Of a DNA stretch of 64,000 bases, positions 60,075-64,000 are shown piece by piece. Both the position numbers and the translations under genes were made by a program. Within the stretch, counting starts at the first letter, position 1. Each line of letters opens with the position of its first letter. Source of the stretch: an uncultured Actinomycetota bacterium. Lineage in GTDB: Bacteria > Actinomycetota > Actinomycetes > S36-B12 > UBA10799. The stretch spans positions 76,370 to 140,369 of the forward strand of contig CAVSZD010000003.1 of assembly GCA_963732355.1 (NCBI GenBank), given 5' to 3'. The notes beneath the pieces were generated by a model. The model worked only from the letters and a program-made list of their open reading frames with translations. It did no database searches and was not told where the DNA came from.

Positions 60075-60808
60075 TGACGGGCGGCGCCGGGTTCGGGAAG
60101 ACCGCGATCAGCGTCGGTTTCCTGCGCGTATACGAGCAGGAATGCGGCCGCGTACCCGGCCGCGTTCGCGCAGGAGAACGAGTTATCCCAGTTGCCTACT
60201 CCAGTCTGCTGCGCGGCGCCGGACTGAAATCGCAAATGCAGCACATCCTCGGGTTCTTCGGGCATCCGATGCCCGGTCGGCCAGCGGCGCGCAACTCGCC
60301 GACGAACTCATAAGGTCCTAATCTGTGCCGCACGAAGATTCTCTGCCTCGATCAAGCGCAAAACCTGCACGTCGGGAACCGCAAAGACGAGGAGTCGCCG
60401 CCTACCTGAAAGAGATCATGGACGCCGCGCACGTCGCGTTGATTCTCACCGGAATCGACATTGACCAGGCAGGGCCGCTGGCCATGCCGAGCAGCGGTAG
60501 GCGGCTGCAAACAGTAACGACCGGGTGCAGTTGGCCCGCCGCTTCGCCGTCGTCAAGATACGTCCCCTCGCACTAGGGTCTACAGCGTGGCAAGACCTCA
60601 TGGCTAGTATCGAGCGGCAACTCGTCCTGGCGAAAGCCCGCCCGGCGACCTATCTCAATCGTTGGCGAACCTTGTCTGGGAACTGAGCAACGGGGCGATT
60701 GGGGTGGCGTTCAACCTGCTTCGTGTCGCCGCGAACACGGCGATCAGTGACGTGATCGAGCGATCACCGGCAGACTCTGCGTGCCACCGCGAGGACCTTG
60801 GAGGCTGA
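60074..60808 (+). pseudogene. tniB: TniB/TnsC-like AAA+ transposition ATPase remnant, N-terminally truncated, with several frameshifts and in-frame stops
   Basis: Segments in different frames read, in order: GGAGFGKTAI (Walker A), IPVAYSSL..LKSQMQHILGFFGHP, SGAQLADELIRS, KILCLDQAQNLHVGNRK (Walker B-like, E replaced), GVAAYLKEIMDAAHVALILTGIDID, DRVQLARRFAVVKIRPL, LANLVWELSNGAIGVAFNLLRVAANTAI. This order is typical of TniB. A tniQ-like gene follows. Confidence 0.6.
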
Positions 60809-60834
60809 CCGACTCGGCCGTGGGAAGGTGTCGC

Positions 60835-61883
60835 ATGACCGTCACCCACTACGCACTTCTGCCCGATACGAACCTTCCGGTGGCCGTCCACCCCGTACCT
60901 GGGGAGACGTTTCACTCGTGGACGTTGCGGCTGGCCGAACGCCTCGGCGTGGAACCGATACGTGCCCTGAAAGCAATCGGATACGTGAGCAGTCACGTAC
61001 GAAGCCGCGCAAACTGACCTCCTACGGCATCACAGCCACCGACCAGTCCATCGGCGAAATGTCCCGCACAACCCGCGCCCGAAGCAGCAGTGCGAGCAAC
61101 CTGCTCACCGTGTTCGACGGCGGCCCCGCCGCCTTCGGTGACTACACGCTCGGCAAGCCAGGAGCCGTCCGCCGCCTCGCGACCCGAACTGGCTGCACCT
61201 CGGCACCAGCACCTGCTGCCGACTGCCTACGTGCAAGCGGAAACGCTTGGCACCTCACGTGGCGGCTCCCATGGCAGACCATGTGCACCGAACACGGCAC
61301 GCTGATGGTCGCGACCTGCCCCGCGTGCCGCCTGCCGTTCAACGCAGGTAGCCGCAGAGACGGCACCTCGGACCGCGCACCAGCAACCTGCCCTCCCCGC
61401 CGACAGATGCGCGAACCGCTCGACACGGAACACCGCACCCCTACCCGCCACTGTGCGGCCACCCTACGCGGACATCCCCACGACCGTCTGCACTCAACCG
61501 GCAGTCGTCGCCACCAAACCAGGTCGACGCGCTCCTGGCCGTTGGGTACCGCGACCAGAATCACGAGTGGTGGCAAGACCTCCGCACCGTCACCGCGACA
61601 CTGCTCAGCCACGGCGACCCCGCCGTGATCCTCAACTACCTGCCGGTCTACCCGACCTCGCCGAGCACTCGGTCGATGAGCACTACGCGGCCAGGAACCG
61701 CGTTGACGCGGAACGCTCCAGCATCACGAACGGCGGTGGAGACCACCGCACCGCGTCCCGCCGCCGCACCTACTGGGACACCATAACAACCCGCCCTCAT
61801 CGCCGCGATCCTGCCTTACGCCATCGCGGTACTCCACGACCTCGACCACATCCCGGAATCTTGAGCGGCGATGCCAGCCGCTG
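60835..61883 (+). pseudogene. tniQ: TniQ-family protein remnant (frameshifted; 3' limit uncertain)
   Basis: ATG at 60835 after GGAAGGTG. The N-terminus LPVAVHPVPGETFHSWTLRLAERLGV fits the TniQ pattern P.pgE...SW..RLA. The frame stops at 61017 and the next frame continues with KLTSYGITATDQSIGEMSRTT and the zinc-finger region WHLTWRLPWQTMCTEHGTLMVATCPACRLPF (61248-61340). Further frames are needed downstream. Confidence 0.5.
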
Positions 61884-62145
61884 GTGGACATTGACGCCGT
61901 GGACCTTCTCGATGAGATGGTGCGCGGTCGCGGCCACAACCTCACCACCGAGTTTCGGCAACGCGCAGCGAGCGACACGCTCATCAGCCGCCTATCCACG
62001 CGAAGCCGCTACAACCCGCTCGCCGGGCAACCGGGGCACGCGGCAACAATCCGACAACGGCTATTATCGTCACCAGGTCACAACGGCGGTAGAAATCCTG
62101 GAATCCCTGGGAGCCGTCAAGGCAGTCCGAACGGAGGCAGGCGCG

Positions 62146-62550
62146 ATGAAGCATGTGAGCCTCACCACCGAGGCGTTCCTTCTCCTCCGCCCGGACGCAC
62201 CCAGTGCGGCGACCGCGCAGAACATCACACACAACACCATGATTGGGTCGCCCGGAGGCTCCCAATCGGTGGTGGCGACCGCCACACTGCACCAGCCTAT
62301 TCCCGGGGGACTACTCGCTGGATTGGCGGAACTCGAAGCGGAATTCACAAGCCCTCACATGCGAACCGTCTACGGGGAACTGGTAGACGAAACGCGAGAG
62401 GCGGCCACCAGCGGAGACCAAGGTCGGATCGCCAAAGCCCTAGCGAAGATCAAGCACTTCCTGTCAATGGTCGCTGTCGATGCAGCGTCGCAACTCACGA
62501 TTGCCGGGGCCGCGCAACTCCCCGCCATCGTGCAGAGCCTCAACTCGTGA
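62146..62550 (+). CDS. small hypothetical protein with ITHNTMIGSPGGSQSV motif (paralogue of 63125-63556; possibly 5'-truncated)
   Basis: ATG at 62146, 8 nt after GGAGG (62133-62137). Similarity to the wHTH-like part of the third gene extends upstream of this ATG (TTAVEILESLGAVKAVR), so the ancestral start may be lost. Confidence 0.4.
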   Translation: MKHVSLTTEAFLLLRPDAPSAATAQNITHNTMIGSPGGSQSVVATATLHQPIPGGLLAGLAELEAEFTSPHMRTVYGELVDETREAATSGDQGRIAKALAKIKHFLSMVAVDAASQLTIAGAAQLPAIVQSLNS

Positions 62551-63128
62551 GCGGTCCTCAAGCGCTCTTTGCGATAGATCAGTGCATCGTGATCGCAGCA
62601 GCCGACGCTAGCGACAATCACCACGCTGACGTGTCGGTTTTCCTCGCCGCCGCAGCAGAAGCCGGAGCACGGATCGGCGTTGCCACCACGCTGCAACAAG
62701 ACCTCAACAGAGCGCCAACCGAGCGACGCGACAAGATTCTGGCATTCGTCAAAGACCAATCGTGGAAGGTGCTACCGGGCTTATTCACCCTGGACTACTC
62801 CCCGCTGCCAGATGACGACGACGAGATGGCCGACCTGCTAGCCGAGGAACCCCTCAGCGAGCAGGTCACCGACCTTATCGCAGACCCATCCCACCCCGCA
62901 TGCGACACACATGCCTACCACGACTACCACCATTACGAAGCAGCCGTACGAAACCAGGCGACGGCGTTCGTTACCAGCGACAAGAAGTTCATCAAAGGAA
63001 TGCGCCAGTTCGAGAAACTGCCCGTGCCGATCATTCAGCCCCCAGAAGCAATTTCACTGCTTCGGAGCGATGCGGTGCCGAGTCAATCAACGCCGTCCGC
63101 CCCTGAGGACACCCTGGAGCACGCATGA
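62547..63128 (+). CDS. PIN-like domain protein (193 aa)
   Basis: GTG at 62547 overlaps the upstream stop (GTGA). N-terminal ALFAIDQCIVIAAAD and C-terminal ATAFVTSDKKFI resemble the first and last acidic motifs of PIN-like nucleases. The assignment is from pattern only. Confidence 0.35.
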   Translation: MSGPQALFAIDQCIVIAAADASDNHHADVSVFLAAAAEAGARIGVATTLQQDLNRAPTERRDKILAFVKDQSWKVLPGLFTLDYSPLPDDDDEMADLLAEEPLSEQVTDLIADPSHPACDTHAYHDYHHYEAAVRNQATAFVTSDKKFIKGMRQFEKLPVPIIQPPEAISLLRSDAVPSQSTPSAPEDTLEHA

Positions 63129-63556
63129 CCAAGAAACTCACCGAACTGGAAGCCGACATACTCCAGTGGTGGCTACAAGAAGCCACCCGCGGCAGAGCAA
63201 ACCGTCGCGTCATAGCCGAGGAGTACCTGAAAGCAACCCCGGACATTGCCGCGTCCCAATTCGCATCTGCCGTCGACGCGCTGGAAGCCTTCGGTCTCGT
63301 CACGCCCACCCGCGCGTGGGGAGGACATGTGTACCGTGTTTGCCTCACGCCGCAAGCACTCATCCTCGGACGAGAAGACCAGGGTGGCCCCACCATTCAC
63401 AACACCGTGCACAACACCATGATCGGCTCGCTCGGCGGGCAGCAAACTGTTCACGAAGCCGCCAGCGCCACCGATCACGCTACGGACGGACAGGAGGGAA
63501 CGCGTACCCTGCTGGATCGTGATACGGGCACAGACGCCACGACTGCTTCGGGCTGA
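63125..63556 (+). CDS. small wHTH-like hypothetical protein with VHNTMIGSLGGQQTV motif
   Basis: ATG at 63125 overlaps the upstream stop (ATGA). 143 aa. SAVDALEAFGLVTPTRAWGGHVYRVCLTPQALILG resembles a winged-helix wing. Disordered T/D-rich tail. Confidence 0.45.
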   Translation: MTKKLTELEADILQWWLQEATRGRANRRVIAEEYLKATPDIAASQFASAVDALEAFGLVTPTRAWGGHVYRVCLTPQALILGREDQGGPTIHNTVHNTMIGSLGGQQTVHEAASATDHATDGQEGTRTLLDRDTGTDATTASG

Positions 63557-63830
63557 TCTGGCCGCCCGTGAAACGGGACAGCCGTTCCGCATCCTCATCA
63601 CCGTCAATGAACGTCTTCATGAGAACGAAGCCCCAACCCGATGGGACGTCATCGGGTAGCCGAAACACATGAGTCACGTGCGCGTCCGTGGGCACGTTCT
63701 TCAGCACCTCGGTGACCCCGGAACCCCAGTTCGCGCACAACACGATGGGGAAGTCAGCCGCACGAACGTAAGCAATAACGTCCTCCAATGACCCGAGGCG
63801 TACGGGGGCGTCGGTAGCGTTCCTTCGCAT
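63480..63830 (-). CDS. hypothetical protein
   Basis: Internal ATG at 63830 of the 63480-63992 ORF (MRRNATDAPVRLGSLEDVIAYVRAADFPIVLCANWG...). Its 3' end overlaps the previous gene by 77 nt. No family recognised. Confidence 0.25.
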   Translation of the reverse strand: MRRNATDAPVRLGSLEDVIAYVRAADFPIVLCANWGSGVTEVLKNVPTDAHVTHVFRLPDDVPSGWGFVLMKTFIDGDEDAERLSRFTGGQISPKQSWRLCPYHDPAGYAFPPVRP

Positions 63831-64000
63831 GTGGGGAATATCGGTCAGCCGCCTCTTTGGCGGACGAAGCAACAACAGCAACGACGACACGAGCGACGGC
63901 AAAGTCAGAGTCGATAGTGAAGACGCCTGCACCGCAGCCGACGTCCTAGAAGCGCTCGTCGCCATCCTGCGGGAACAACCGGACGACAACACCTTCAGCG

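Noticed and set aside
59804-60265. 153-aa - strand ORF spanning the block/tniB junction
   Set aside because: It crosses a compositional discontinuity and lies antisense to the tniB Walker-A region. No motifs and no RBS. Probably spurious.
60655-60996. 113-aa - strand ORF over the tniB/tniQ junction
   Set aside because: It lies antisense to recognisable TniB C-terminal and TniQ N-terminal coding segments. No motifs.
1-64000. tRNA, rRNA or tmRNA genes
   Set aside because: No T-loop-type GGTTCGAATCC-like motifs, cloverleaf-sized intergenic gaps or rRNA-like segments were noticed. This was an eye scan only, so tRNAscan-SE or Infernal should confirm it.

Overview
Positions 1-57,545 are a high-G+C actinobacterial chromosome segment densely packed with conserved housekeeping genes, mostly on the + strand. 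From memory, the gene order mirrors two classic actinobacterial syntenic blocks. The first is like Mycobacterium Rv1822-Rv1832: CDP-alcohol transferase, DUF881, sbp, DUF881, gcvH, FHA/garA, merR, DUF151 nuclease, merR, gcvP. The second is like Rv2614c-Rv2552c: thrS, HIT, pgsA1, patA, pimA, pdxS, pdxT, yebC, ruvCAB, yajC, secDF, relA, PPIase, MBL, hisS, aspS, rarA, alaS, ruvX, mltG, aroE. The run ends in a type IV pilus module (Roadblock/LC7, DUF4388, pilB, pilT, pilC). Several core genes (gcvP, hisS, pilT twice, probably the gcvP 5' end) carry single-base frameshifts, all in the same direction. Eleven nt after the pilC stop, the sequence switches abruptly into a 2,528-bp ORF-poor mosaic (57,546-60,073). 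In it, tracts almost devoid of cytosine on the + strand (1,358 nt with 4 C by my count, still G-rich, purine-biased) alternate with six islands of about 50% G+C. The block is bounded by an imperfect A-tract direct repeat. It ends one base before a GTG that opens directly onto the Walker-A motif of a heavily decayed tniB. A decayed tniQ follows, then an apparently intact, translationally coupled three-gene module: a small wHTH-like protein, a PIN-like protein and a paralogous small protein. I recognised no rRNA, tRNA or CRISPR array by eye. The alien block is the most unusual object in the window. I cannot assign it to any described element class, and an assembly, synthetic or chimeric origin must be excluded first.
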